Shown piece after piece: positions 24,785-37,107 of a stretch of DNA of 64,000 bases. A program made the translations under genes and the position numbers. Origin of the DNA: Octopus sinensis (Eukaryota); NCBI RefSeq assembly GCF_006345805.1, contig NC_043016.1:12214001-12278000 (forward strand), in the 5' to 3' direction. Below the pieces are notes generated by a model. That model was given only the letters and a program-made list of their open reading frames with translations, did not search any database and was not told the DNA's origin. The first letter of the stretch is position 1; each line of letters begins with the position of its first letter.

Positions 24785-25811
24785 CCGTAAAATCCCATGT
24801 AATAGATGCATTTTTTTTTTGCAGGGGTGCGTAAATTACATGAGTAGACAATTTCCAGAATTTGTTTTGAAATTTTTTTGTGGAAAAAAGATGTACAAAA
24901 CGCAATCTTTTGTACCAGAAGTTGATTCATTTAATGTCATAAGTTTTTACAGAAAAAAATAATGGCTTAAATACACATAATGAAGTTGACTTTTATTCAT
25001 GCAGGACAGTATAATGCTTAGTTTTTCTGTATAAATTTACTAAAACTACTAAATGCTTAACTAGTTTTTGAAGTCTGATGTTCATGCTGGTAAACACAGT
25101 GTGGACAATATTTTACGTAGCTTAGAGTTTCTACCTATTGCAATGGAGCACGTATTCAATTTCTCCTTCACAGTAAACAATTCATAAGTTCTGCCCATAC
25201 TGCCCATAAGATCTTTAAATGATTCATAAGTTCTGCCCATTACTGATAATAATGGTAATAACAAATTTTTAAGTTTGCTTGACATTTTATAAGGGATTAA
25301 AATTTCAATACTCTGTATCAAAGGTTCTAACAAGAATAGGTGGAAAAGAATTCTGTTTACATAATCAGCCTGAACAGTCAGTTGAGTAAAGTGTCATCGA
25401 AGCTGATGTGCGTATTTATTGGCTTTGTTTTTGCCAGTAATTCTTTTCCTATGATCATGAGTTGAGAAGACATACAGCAGTATGCTAAAGATCGGACATA
25501 ATCTCATGTGGGCAACAAAATGTAAAATAAAGTTTATTATAAACAACACAACCACTTTGTAATTTAATAGCTTTCAATGTGATACCTGAAATTATTTTTA
25601 TCTAATGAAAATTTAATAAAACTATTCATAAGTAAGTGAAAGTATGCTAAATACAACTAAATTGAAAACCTTTTCCCCCTGGCTATATTGGCAATTCTGA
25701 AAACTTTTAGGTGTGAATTTTATATGAGTAGAAGCTTTTTGTTAACAAATTTTATCCTGAAAATTACCTGCATAAATTACACAGGTGTGCAAATTACATG
25801 GGTTTTTACAG
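24785..25811. mobile_element. Non-autonomous pogo/Tigger-like DNA transposon
   Basis: TA|CCGTAAAATCCCATGTAAT ... ATTACATGGGTTTTTACAG|TA: imperfect 19-bp TIRs with a TA TSD. No recognisable transposase remains. Confidence 0.6.
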
Positions 25812-25872
25812 TAATTACAAATGCAACAAAAACAAGCAGGGTAATTTAAATAGGGGGGAAAAAAAAGGATAC

Positions 25873-26075
25873 AAGTTTGAGTCGTGGTGGTTTCCATTTC
25901 TTTTGTAAAAATGACATTACAGTTGATAAATGCTGATCAGATTTTAAAGTCATCCGTAAACGTGGATTTTGAGCCATTTCTTGAACATGGAACCATGCAG
26001 AGTTGTTTTTTGGATTTAGTTCAAGAGTAACTCTTTCAGGTACACGGCACGTGGAATCTTCATCTTCAACTGGAT
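25873..26075 (-). CDS. CRAMP1: CRAMP1 exon 8 (DPVEDEDSTCRVPERVTLELNPKNNSAWFHVQEMAQNPRLRMTLKSDQHLSTVMSFLQKKWKPPRLKL)
   Basis: cctag| acceptor. Donor CTT|GTATCC is weak but phase-consistent with exon 9. AQNPRLRM hallmark. Confidence 0.92.
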
Positions 26076-26461
26076 CTAGGTAAAACAAACATTCATTAAC
26101 AAAAGCAAAAAGGAAAAGGGGGATAAATTTTTAAGCTTGAATAAAACTATCAATTTATCCAAAATAAAAATAGATATTGGCAAAATATTTCAAAGGAAAT
26201 ATTTTAAGCAACCAGAATTGCTGAGTAGCAAAGTTAAGTAATTAAAATTTAAAAATAAATGTAATTATCTCTAAAGGGGAAATCTTCTTGACCCTAATTA
26301 GAAAATACTTTCCTCCCAAAAACCTTCAACAAAAATACTATTATCTTACTCAACTACTCGAAACTTGAAAAAGATTATTGTTTCTTCAGACATTTGCTGA
26401 CTAATGAAACTAGAAAAAGCTCTTTCACTAATAACGTTGTGTGTGTGTTTGTGTGCGTGCA

Positions 26462-26493
<32 letters not shown>

Positions 26494-27329
26494 CATATTA
26501 AGGTTGGATTTTATGTTGAATTATAACTTTAGTTAGTTAGAATTGTCTTTAAAAAAAATTTTATTTTAAATTTGAATTCAGTTTCCTTGGTGTAATGAGC
26601 AGTTGCAAACATAACATCCCAAAATGCCAATGAATGAAGAGATGTAGCTAAAAAGTTACTATGTATAACATGCATCTCAATATATAGGCCTAAATTGTCT
26701 TAAAAATACTATATATAACATACAGTGGTGTTTAAACACAAGAGTAAATAATCTACTATCATTCAACAGCATCACCACTTTTTGCTGCTTACATTAATGG
26801 AATTTGCTGAGCCAGATTTTCTATGGCTGGATGCTCTTCCTGTTGCCAACCCTCATCTATTTCCAAGTAAGGTAAAATTTCCTTAAGACCAGACATGTTT
26901 TCACAGATGACTGGAAATGAATGACACTGCTTGTCTGACAGTGACACTCGTTTACAACTACCAAAGTTGTATCATTACGCAGGGCATGCAGCATACTCAA
27001 CAGTATCAAGTGGTTGTTGTCAGGAAAGGCATCCAGTTGTAGAAACCATGTCAAAGCAGACACTGGAGCATGATGCAATCCCTGGGCCAATCAGATCCTG
27101 TGAAATTGTCCAACTCATGCCATGAATGTTAAACAATGATGGTGATGATGGAACAGGGTGTCCCAAAGAATATGTATACATACTTTAGCAGCTGATGACT
27201 CACTTTTAATTAAATTTCTTTTTAAATTTAACTCATTAGAAATAATGAAGGAAGCCAGACTAACAAAGAAAAATTTATCATTATGTACTACTGGATATCT
27301 GAAAATGCAGTCAATGTGCAAAGCCAGTT

Positions 27330-27850
27330 AAGGAGGGGGGTTTTAAACAGATCTACCTCCGTAACTTACTCTCACTTGATTTAGAGATAAGCTTGAAGCA
27401 GGTAGAAGTCCAGAACATCCTCAAGAAATGATCTGGAAGACTACACACGGCATGCATCAAGGAGGCTCACAAAGCAAGAAAAGTTACAAGAAGTGTATTG
27501 CTAGAGTTCAAGAAAACCTGTTTGGCAAGCAAGTTGTGAGATAGGAATTTTAAAATCTTCAAGCCATGTCATTGGAAAAGTTACATTCCAAGAATAATCC
27601 ATGAAGATGGTTCAAAACCAAAGAGTTTAGTGAATGGTATTTGGCAAGATACACATTTTCCAATCAGGAGTGTTTGGAGTGGTGAGGTTACATTTAAATT
27701 GAATGGTTCAATTAACCATCACAATTGTAGATACTAGGGACTGATAATCTGCACATTCAGAGGAACATCATGTTAACTTACCAGGAGTTACAATATAGTG
27801 TGGTTTGTCATTAAAGGGGCCTATTTTAAGGTTTTGCCAAACAGGTGCAT
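27330..27850 (+). mobile_element. Degenerate Tc1/mariner transposase fragment (rosa/DD41D-like)
   Basis: Broken frames read WKSYIPR.IHED, WSGEVTFKLNGSINHHNCRY, HVNLPGVTI*CGL..KGP, which resemble WSDEA.F.LNG.VN.HNC.YW and VWCG...GP. Confidence 0.65.
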
Positions 27851-28304
27851 TGAAAGTAGAGTTTCGGTAGAAGCCTTTCTGCATCCACCAGACTTCACAC
27901 AAATGGCCTTTGTATAAATTTTTTGGGACACAAAACCTCTTTCAGTTTCTGACTACTAAATCTGTACACAAAGATTTTGGTTGGCATGTGACTTTGGCGG
28001 AGGACACTTGGCCAAGGTGCCATGCAGTGAGAATGAACCAGAAACAATGTGGTTGGGAAGCAAACTTCTCTATCACACAGCTATGCCTGCCACCTTAATA
28101 TTTCATTTCATGCAATTATTACATAACGAAGCTTTATTGCATTGGGGAAAAACTTTGCAGCCCACTGCTTTACATTATAAGCAGCTCTAATTTTAAGCTT
28201 GATTTTTGTGAAAAAAAAAAGTGTATTAAATGTAGAGTTTCACAGTATTTAGTTATATGAGTTCTAAGCTAGCATGTATATAAATTTTTACTGTTTTTAT
28301 TTAC

Positions 28305-28390
28305 CTTCAACATTGTTGATTTTCTTTAATGCATTACAATATGGTGTTCGAATTCTGAAGCTTTTCCTTCGAATTTTTATCAATGTAGAT
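28305..28390 (-). CDS. CRAMP1: CRAMP1 exon 7 (STLIKIRRKSFRIRTPYCNALKKINNVE)
   Basis: ttttag| ... G|GTAAAT, 86 nt, phase 2 to 1. RI.TP.C.ALKK motif. Confidence 0.92.
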
Positions 28391-30074
28391 CTAAAATTAG
28401 AATGAATAACAAAATATAACATAAACATTGTATATTTAAGTACATTGCTTTGAAGTATATTTTATGATCATAATTTACCTTCCTTTTATTGTTTGTGTTT
28501 AGCCCTAAGTCAGTTCTGATATATGATCGGGGACATAACATCTCTGACGATCCTGTCATTTTATAAATTGGCACTGACTACACTGACCAATCTTTAAAAT
28601 CTTTAGCATTTAAACCAGCCATATTGGCCAACATATTGAGATAAATTCAAACTGACCAGATCTAGTCTCTAATACTTACCTTCCAATATTATTCTAAAAA
28701 TAACCAATTACATCGCTGAAATCGTAAAGCTACATGGTAATGCATAACTAATTAAAATCAATGTGAATAAATAAGCATTATATTCAACAGAGAAATCTGA
28801 ATGCTAAAAGGTTAAACCGTACAGTGTGATTTGAAGGAAATTTGACTTATTTTAAGTTGCTTGAACAATTACACAGCGGCTTCCTTATTAACATGTTTGT
28901 ATAAGACGGCAAAGTCAAAGATGGTGCCAGGAGTAATTAATGGGTTAAAAAGGTACTGACTCAACTGACTGAAAATATAATGATTTAAAGTTTTCAATTT
29001 CAAAATAATCAAATGAGATTTAAGGATTTCTCTGAAGGAGGATTTAGTACAAGAAACTGTTTCTAACAAAAACATGCTAGTAATTTTAGATTTGGATTTT
29101 CTTATATTTAATCCTAATTTCATAGAAGCTGATTCTTTAATAAATTTTGTGGGGATAAGTTTTTTAATCTTTTACAATATAATTTTTATTTCATTTAACC
29201 CTTTAGCATTTAAACTGGCCATATCCAGCCCAAATATTCTACATGTTTTACATTAAAACCAGCCAGATCTGGCCTTTCACACCTACCTTACAATGTCATT
29301 CTAAGAATTAAAGAAGCACATCATCGAAATCTTGAAGCTATGAGATAATGCATGGTTAATTCAAAACAATGTGAATACATAAGACAGAGTAATCTGAATG
29401 CTAATGGATCAATGCAATCATTTGTTATATTCACTTCAATTTATATTTAAACAATGTTTTAATTACTAAAATAAAGAACTATGTATCTAACTTATGTATT
29501 TAATTCTTTTGAAACGGTCATTTATTAAGTTGCTTCAGGTGTTCTGTGTCTTCATTTTACAACCAATTAATGCAGGAAACATAGAACAGAAAAGGAAAAG
29601 GTTTTTCTAAAATATGTTATTAAATATAAAAAATATATCTAACACTTTCATGACAATATTCTTTTTGAAATGCCTTGTTCATGGGTTTTAATTTTTTTCT
29701 TAAATAATCAAGAATTTTGTTGCAGTTTAGGAAATTATCATTATCATTTGGAGCATATTTTAAAAGATCTTAAAAACTATGAATGGAAGGTTTTAATCTA
29801 AATATGAACACTTTAAAACAAGAGAGGTCAGAACCAAGGTCTCAAAGAACTAAATGAAAGTATACTGTCTTTATGAATGAATACAAAAAAATATAAAATA
29901 TTGCAGAAGTGAAGATAGGAAATTATGACAACAACGTACAAATATATACAACTGCATGAGCTATATGAGATTTTAATAAGCACTTCTAGCACTACATCTG
30001 GTACAAAATAAGGTGTAGTGTGCAAAGCAGAATCATCGTATATTACTCAAAAAATGTATGATATCAGTAATCAG

Positions 30075-30560
30075 AATCAACGGATATTATCCAATCATCG
30101 CATTCTTGGTCTACCTCTAGATCTCCTGCCAGTTGGCTCAGCTTCAAGAATCTGTCTTGCACTACTTTCCTGCAGCATTCTAATCATATGTCCATAATAC
30201 CTGAGCTGTGACCTCTTAATGCAGAAAAGTAGCAGCTCACCCTGGAAAAGGCTCCTTGATCTCTGAGCTAAGCACCCTGACAAGTAATATTACTCCAGAG
30301 ATCCTATGGATGAACCCCGTTTTGATGCCTGTATTTGCAACTGAACTCTTTCAGTGATTACCCCAAAACTGAAGATCATAGGTGAGCAGAGACAAAAACC
30401 AAAGACAGCAAGTTTGGCATTTACACATAATCTCTCCTCTTCTGAGGACTGAATGCTGGAGCTGGAGCTTTACTGTACCAACACCTGCAATTCCAGCTTT
30501 CAGTTCAAAGCACGGCTTGAAAACAAGTCTCCACTTTTGCATATGTAGTATAACGAGGCA
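30075..30560 (-). mobile_element. RTE-clade LINE 3' fragment
   Basis: ELLLFCIKRSQLRYYGHMIRM...PTGRRSRGRPRMR matches the RTE C-terminal RSQLRW.GH..RM...GRRPRGRPR motif. Confidence 0.8.
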
Positions 30561-30923
30561 TGAAAAGTTGCAGCAGAGACAGTAACAACATCCAAAGCTA
30601 AGTCATGGTAGGACTCTGGATTTAAAGTGGACTCTGACTTAAGACTGGCCAATAAAGGATTCTGGCAAAATCCCTTTCCCAACTTTGTAAGAAGAAGCCC
30701 TCATCTATAACTGTGATTAAGAACTCTGCTGGGGCTCTTCTCTGTACAGAGAAGAGCATTCTGAGGAAGTAGAGAGAATACTTTGTTGATCTCTTAAATC
30801 CAGTCATAATATAATCTTCTGGTGGGCATGACGTGCATCTAGAGGCAAAGACTAACCTCACAGAGGCTGAAGTCAGAGAGGCAGTTAAAGCCAATTTAAT
30901 TACAAAGGAAAATGACATCTTAC

Positions 30924-30972
30924 CCTTCTTGAATGAATTCATTTAATTTGTGTAGATTTTTATCAGCTCTCA
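30924..30972 (-). CDS. CRAMP1: CRAMP1 exon 6 (MRADKNLHKLNEFIQEG)
   Basis: tttacag| ... GG|GTAAGA, 49 nt, phase 1 to 2. KLNE.IQ.G motif. Confidence 0.9.
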
Positions 30973-31693
30973 CTGTAAATAAAAACAGAGAACTATAATA
31001 ATCAAATATGAAATATTACCAACCTTTACAGTAGATATTCTAATTTAAATCTAATTTTTTAATATATTTTCATCGTTATTCTTCAAATTATGTCGAGTGA
31101 ATTAGTGGAGTCTTTAGAGCATTGGACAGAATGCCTTGCAGTATTTATTCTAACCCTCTGTGCTCCAAGTTCAAATCCTGTTGAAGTCATCCTTGTCTTT
31201 CATCATCTTTGAATTGTGCTTTGGTATGTAACAAGTGTGTTTCTAAATTCTTTTGTTGACAGGTGAAGCATTACCCAACTTACCAGACATTTTAATGCAC
31301 TTAATGATTATATTAAGTACATTATCCCACCTACCACAGACATAGCTAATGGTTGAAGACAATTGAGAGGTGTAGCAATAAGGCTGAAGCTTCATAAATG
31401 CAATGTCACAGTTAGAAACTGCATGGAAGCACACTGAAAGAACAGCTTTTGCTTTGGGAGGTAGATTCAATGTGTGACTCGGTTTAATCCCACCACCTGA
31501 GCTCTTGAGCACCTTTAGCAGAGTCTATTCTGTGTCACAAGCTTTTGAGCCAAGTTCCCAATTAAGGATAATTTTCTCCCATCTGTTTTGGAGCACACCT
31601 TCCCACCCCTACCCCTAAAAAAAAAAGTGATGAGTGCTGTCCACCTTCTCCTTGACTAAATCATGAAAAAAATACTTTAAAAAGTATACTTAC

Positions 31694-31765
31694 TCCCTCC
31701 AAGCCTTTTTCGCATTTCGCCATAATGTATTAAACCATAAACTTCAAGAGCATGTTTTTTGATAC
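31694..31765 (-). CDS. CRAMP1: CRAMP1 exon 5 (GIKKHALEVYGLIHYGEMRKRLGG)
   Basis: cttcag| ... A|GTAAGT, 72 nt, phase 1 to 1. Conserved E.YGLI.YGE.RK motif. Confidence 0.93.
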
Positions 31766-31819
31766 CTGAAGAATAATATTTAAAAATTCCATTTAATTCA
31801 TCATCATCATCATCATCAT

Positions 31820-32165
31820 TTAGCGTCCGCTTTCCATGCTAGCATGGGTTGGACGGTTCAACTGGGGTCTGTGGAGCCAGAAGGCTGCATCAGGCCCAGT
31901 CTTATCTGGCAGTGTTTCTACGGCTGGATGCCCTTCCTAACGCCAACCACTCTGTGAGTGTAGTGGGTGCTTTTTACGTGCCACCCGCACAGGTGCCAGA
32001 CGGAGCTGGCAAACGGCCACGAACGGATGGTGCTTTTACGTGCCACCGGCATGGGGGCCAGGCAAGGCTGGCAACGGCCACGAACGGATGGTGCTACGTG
32101 TCACCGGCACGGGAGCCAGGCGAGGCTGGCAACGGACACGAACGGATGGTGCTTTTACGTGCCAA
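31820..32165 (-). mobile_element. Family C interspersed repeat (SINE-like, (TGA)n tail) with an internal ~60-bp minisatellite
   Basis: Core GGATGCCCTTCCTAACGCCAACCAC and CCATGCTAGCATGG next to (CAT)n. More than 10 copies in the window, e.g. 1200-1450, 7080-7260, 14090-14375, 14910-15120, 16200-16440, 19780-20160, 23470-23990, 26790-27140, 33590-33830 and 36840-37030. Confidence 0.75.
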
Positions 32166-32646
32166 AAAATTGATTTTTTTCATTTTGGGAGAAATTAATC
32201 TATGGGTTTACATGAAACACATTAATACATTTTAAACTAAATGAAGATGAGCACGACACTCTACAGATGCAAGCATGAAAGACGGATGTTAAAAGATGAA
32301 GATTCTGATGTGAATGCAAACATAAAAGATATATGAAACAGAATGAATGCCCTTTCTAACACTAATTTCTTTACACTGAGTGCTTTTTACATTGCACTGA
32401 TACAGGTGCTTTTTATGTGGCATCGGCGCTTCTTGTGTGGCACAAGCATGGGTACCTTTTTATGTGGCATTGGCGCTTCTTATGTGGCACCAGCATGTGT
32501 GCTTTCTATGTGGCACCGGCGCTTGGTATGTGGCACCCGCAAGGATGCTTTTTAAAAATGATATAAGATGAAAGAAAAAAAGACATACAAATGACATAGT
32601 ATTTGAGGGTGTTTTTTTACTTGTTTAAATCAAAGAAATAACTCAC

Positions 32647-32800
32647 CGTCTTTCATTTCAATATATTTAGAAATTTTATTCCAAGTTCTATAATAAAAAT
32701 GGCGGACTTGCTCTTTGTTTTTAATCATCATAGCTAGAGCACCTTTTTTCTTGTATTTTTGAGCAAAATTATTCTGTATAGCATCAAAGTCTCTGCCACA
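32647..32800 (-). CDS. CRAMP1: CRAMP1 exon 4, SANT domain (CGRDFDAIQNNFAQKYKKKGALAMMIKNKEQVRHFYYRTWNKISKYIEMKD)
   Basis: tttcag| ... G|GTGAGT, 154 nt, phase 0 to 1. Contains the KNKEQVRHFYYRTW.KI hallmark. Confidence 0.96.
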
Positions 32801-34045
32801 CTGAAATCAAAATGATTATTTTCATTAGAAACAAAAAACAACTTAATAGAAAAAGAAATGAAAAAAATATTGTATTTCATTAATATTTAAGCAGAAGCAC
32901 AGAGTGAGTCTAGAACCAAGAGTTTTGTGTGTTAGCACTTACCAAAGTTTGATAACTGCCAACACAGGAAACTGTTGGTCCATGACTCACTCTGTGTATT
33001 TTGTTTTATCTATTGTCAGTGGAACGTATTGTGTTACTTATGGTAAAAGATTGAGATTTTATTTAAATAAAAATAGATGACAAAATTAGTTTGTGGATGG
33101 ATATTAAAAAAAAAACAATCAACAATTTGGAAAAATTCTCTGCAATAGAATCATGTATGAATATGATTAAAAGATTTAAATCGAAACATTCAAATGCAGT
33201 GATACAAAAGTACATTATCCCTATTTTGGGGGTGAATAGTGAGGTATATTCTCATATTTCTTTCTACAATAGGCACAAAGCATGAAATTCTGGGAAAGAG
33301 GTTCATAGAATATGTGCCACTCTACCCTCCAGCAGAATTCTGAACTCAATGCTAAGTTGGAAGAAATGCTACAAGCATTTTGTCCCGCATGCTAACAATC
33401 TAGCCAAACTGTCCAACCCCTGCCAGCATGGAAAAACAGACGTTAAGTGATGATGATGATGATTTTTCATTTGGCATGAATTGGATAGATCTCAACAGTA
33501 TCTTGTCACTCATTTCCAAAGATTTACATTATCTAGCACAAAAACAGCAACAGATGAAGCTAGTGATTTTTGTTGTTGGTTTGTTATCCTCATCATCACC
33601 CTCATCATTTAACATCTGCCTTCCATGCTGGCATGTGTTGAACAGTTTGACAAGAACTGGAAAACCAGAGGACTGCGTCAAATTCTACTGTCTGCTTTGG
33701 CATGGTTTCTACAGTTGGAATGCCCTTCCTAACACTTTACATAATGTGTACTGTGTGCTTTTCTATGTGGCACCAGCACCAATGAGGTCACCCGTAACAC
33801 TAGCAAGACAAAGTCTCCCCCTCAACTAAGTAGTTATGTACCTGGTGAGGAGAGGTTTAGAGTATGAATAAAGGGATAGAAATAGGTGTCCTACTGTAGA
33901 GGAGATACATGACCAACTTGGTTCTGAAAAAAAAAGGGAGGAGATGAGAGAGAGAAGAGGTAAAAATGTGTTGGGACAAATTTACAAGGATGGGTCAAGT
34001 GTATTAGTTTAGATTTCTTACATAAATGCAAACAAAAAAAGTTAC

Positions 34046-34143
34046 CTCATTTAAAGCTTGGAAAAATGTACTCTTTTCATCAACTGTCCATAATTCCCAT
34101 TGCCTTTTCTTAGCTTCTGGTGTAGCAGTTTTGACTTCTTTAG
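34046..34143 (-). CDS. CRAMP1: CRAMP1 exon 3, start of SANT domain (AKEVKTATPEAKKRQWELWTVDEKSTFFQALNE)
   Basis: tttcag| ... GAG|GTAACT, 98 nt, phase 1 to 0. Conserved RQWE.W...K..FF..L.E motif. Confidence 0.95.
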
Positions 34144-36440
34144 CTGAAATTTAACATGCAATATGTTGAATAAATACTATCTCATAAATTAAAAAAAAAA
34201 ACATTAGAAAACATTTTAACATATATAAATAAAAATGTAGCATTAAAATTTCCTCCAACCCCTAGAATTAGCTTCACTGCATCAAAATTCAATGGAAGAA
34301 TATACAACAGGTAGTTTGCTTCTTAGAAGTATAGTCATGGAAAAGATGAAAGTTAAGCAGATTGTAAGAAAGCTCTGTCAGAGGTATGGTACTCCTCATC
34401 TGTATCTTAACCCTTCACAACATTCAGATTATTCTGTCAAATGTAATGTTCATTTATTCACAATGTTCTGAATTAATCATGCATTGTCTCAAAGCTTTGA
34501 GATTTCAATGGTGTGATGATTGTTTAGCTTTAGAATGACATTGTAGGGTAGGTGTGAGGAGTCAGATCTGGCCAGTTTTTATCATTAAACAAGGAGAATA
34601 TTTTGGCTAGATATGACCAGAGCAAGAGGCTGGATCTGGCTACCCTGAACATAAAACAAGGTAGAATATTTGGGCAAGATATTCTGGGTTAAAAACTTAA
34701 GGGCCCACAGATAAAGTATGAAAAAATTAGAAAATACATTTAGTATGTAAAACAAATAAGGAAGGTAACAACTTGTAAAATAATGCCAATAAGATGCCTT
34801 TGGTGAAGGTAGGTGGCTAAGTGGCTATGGTTTTCAGCTGAAGATTGTAAGATGAGGAGTTTGATACCTGACAGTGCGTTATGTCCTTGAGCAAGAAGCT
34901 TTATTATATATTACACCTGTCCACTCAGCTGGCTGACAAAAATGAGTTGTACCTGTAATTCAAAGGGCCAGCCTTGTAACATTCTGTGTCACTCAATTTC
35001 CCTGAGAACTAGGTTATAAGTATACTCAGCCACTTACATTTTAGTTTCATGAGCAAGCTGTTCCATTGATCAAATTAACTGGAACCCTCATCACCGTAAC
35101 TGACGGAGTGCCAGATTTTCTAAAGATGCTTTTATCCAACTCATGCAGACGTGAAAAAGTAGACATAAACAAACAAACAAACAACTAGCACTACAAAAGT
35201 TCACTTTCCAAGATAAACAGTCTTTTATCAGATGCAAATACAAACAACATACATATGTCACTTTAGTGGCACAGGGATTAAGAGATCAAACAAATTGTGG
35301 AAAAATATTTTATGAACCAAAACACATTTAATCAAAGATATGTCCTAAATACTGGTCATATATATATATTCACGATGCCCATTCATGTTGCAGCTTGCTA
35401 TCTGATTAAAGTAAGAATACTTTGTAGTCACAGACATTTTCACAATGGCCATTCATGTTATGACTTGTTCTTGTTTTGCAGGGAAGAAACAAATCTTTAC
35501 ATAAAAAGATTCTTGTGCTTAAATGTTGCAGAGATGTCAGGTAAAAAAGGAGAGATACTAGTTCAATCTGATTTTTGATAACTGGCAGTGAAATTCAATT
35601 AAAACTTTCACTCGTTGATTCTAAGATTAATTTAGCACTGTTTGTATATATTTCTGAGACTTATTAATTAACGAAGTAGTTAATGAAATTGGTGATAGAT
35701 TGATATGCAAAATTAACTATCATGATGATGAAAAGTATGCACGTTGAGGAAGTGGTGAGTCATTAAAAGTATCAGCTGGTGTAAACAACAAAAGCAGCTG
35801 ACAGTTTCGCTATATATGAAAGGGCAATCCCTCCTGGATGGAAAAGTGTTGTACGCTAACTCTAGAAAATACCCATGACAAAGAAAGAACAAGTAGACAC
35901 TGATAGAAGCAATAAATAGTAACTTTCTAAAACTTTGTATATAAAAGAAAATTGTTTTGGAGATTTCAGAAAGTTGGGTATCACAGTGAAGTTAATACAT
36001 GATCAAGAGAAGCGGTGCTATGTCATTCTGTGGAGAATGTCTAAATCAGTGCTGGCATGGAAAATAAAATGGATATTTTTCTCACAGAATATAGATAGTA
36101 GTGCAATCTGAGAATTATAGAATTAAAAATAAGCAACCCTTTTTTTTTTTTTTTTTACTAATCTTTTTTATGACTATATTTCTAATGAAATACACTGATT
36201 ATTAATTTTGAAAATAATTTGGAAACTTTAATAAAATTAAAATAACTCTTGCTTATTTAACAATCTGGTGTTTGTAAAATAACTTAAAGGGTTCTTTCAT
36301 AAAATTAAGATGGAAGGGTTTATTGTAAATCCTCATCATTTAATATCCATTTTCCATGGAAAATGCTAGCATCAGTTCAAATACAAAATATCAATATACA
36401 AACAGGAAATTCTATGTGATAGAACTAGAGGCTGTCTTAA

Positions 36441-36660
36441 CCCTTTAGTGTTCAAACTAATATGTCAGAAGTAATCCTTATTCATTTACATTTAAAAAAA
36501 TTAACCTGGTATTATCTTGTAGCTTCAAGATTTGAAAGATGTAATTGTTTATTTTTAGAATGACATTGCAGGGTAGGTGTGAGATGCTGGTTCTGGCCAG
36601 TTTGAGCATAAAATGAGTAGACTATTTAGGCTGGATACAGCCGGTTTAAACACTAAAGGG
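36441..36660. mobile_element. piggyBac-type MITE, second copy with intact ends
   Basis: TTAA|CCCTTTAGTGTT ... AACACTAAAGGG|TTAA. Confidence 0.85.
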
Positions 36661-37050
36661 TTAAATGAGTTGGTATGAGACAAGTTCAGATGTCAATCAC
36701 TAAAAGGTGCTGCTAGACAGTCCAAAAGATTCACAGGTAAATTTGTAATAAATATTAACTTTCTCAGTTGTTTTCAATATAACAACAACAACCACCATAC
36801 ATCAAAAACTATTACTTTCCAAATCAATCATCATCATCACCACCACCATTATTTTAACATCCACTTTTCCATGCTTACATGGGTTGGATGGAATTTATTG
36901 AAGCAGATTTTCTACAGCTGCATGCACTTCCTGTCACCAACCCTCATCAGTTCCCACAAAATACTGGAAATGAATGGCACTGCTTTTATGACAGTGACAC
37001 TCATTACTATTGTGTCAAGACAAGAAGACTATCATAAATGCACACACTCA

Positions 37051-37107
<57 letters not shown>

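Noticed and set aside
32696-32708. YY1-like AAAATGGCGG motif
   Set aside because: It is the reverse complement of the codons for VRHF in exon 4, so it is explained by coding constraint.
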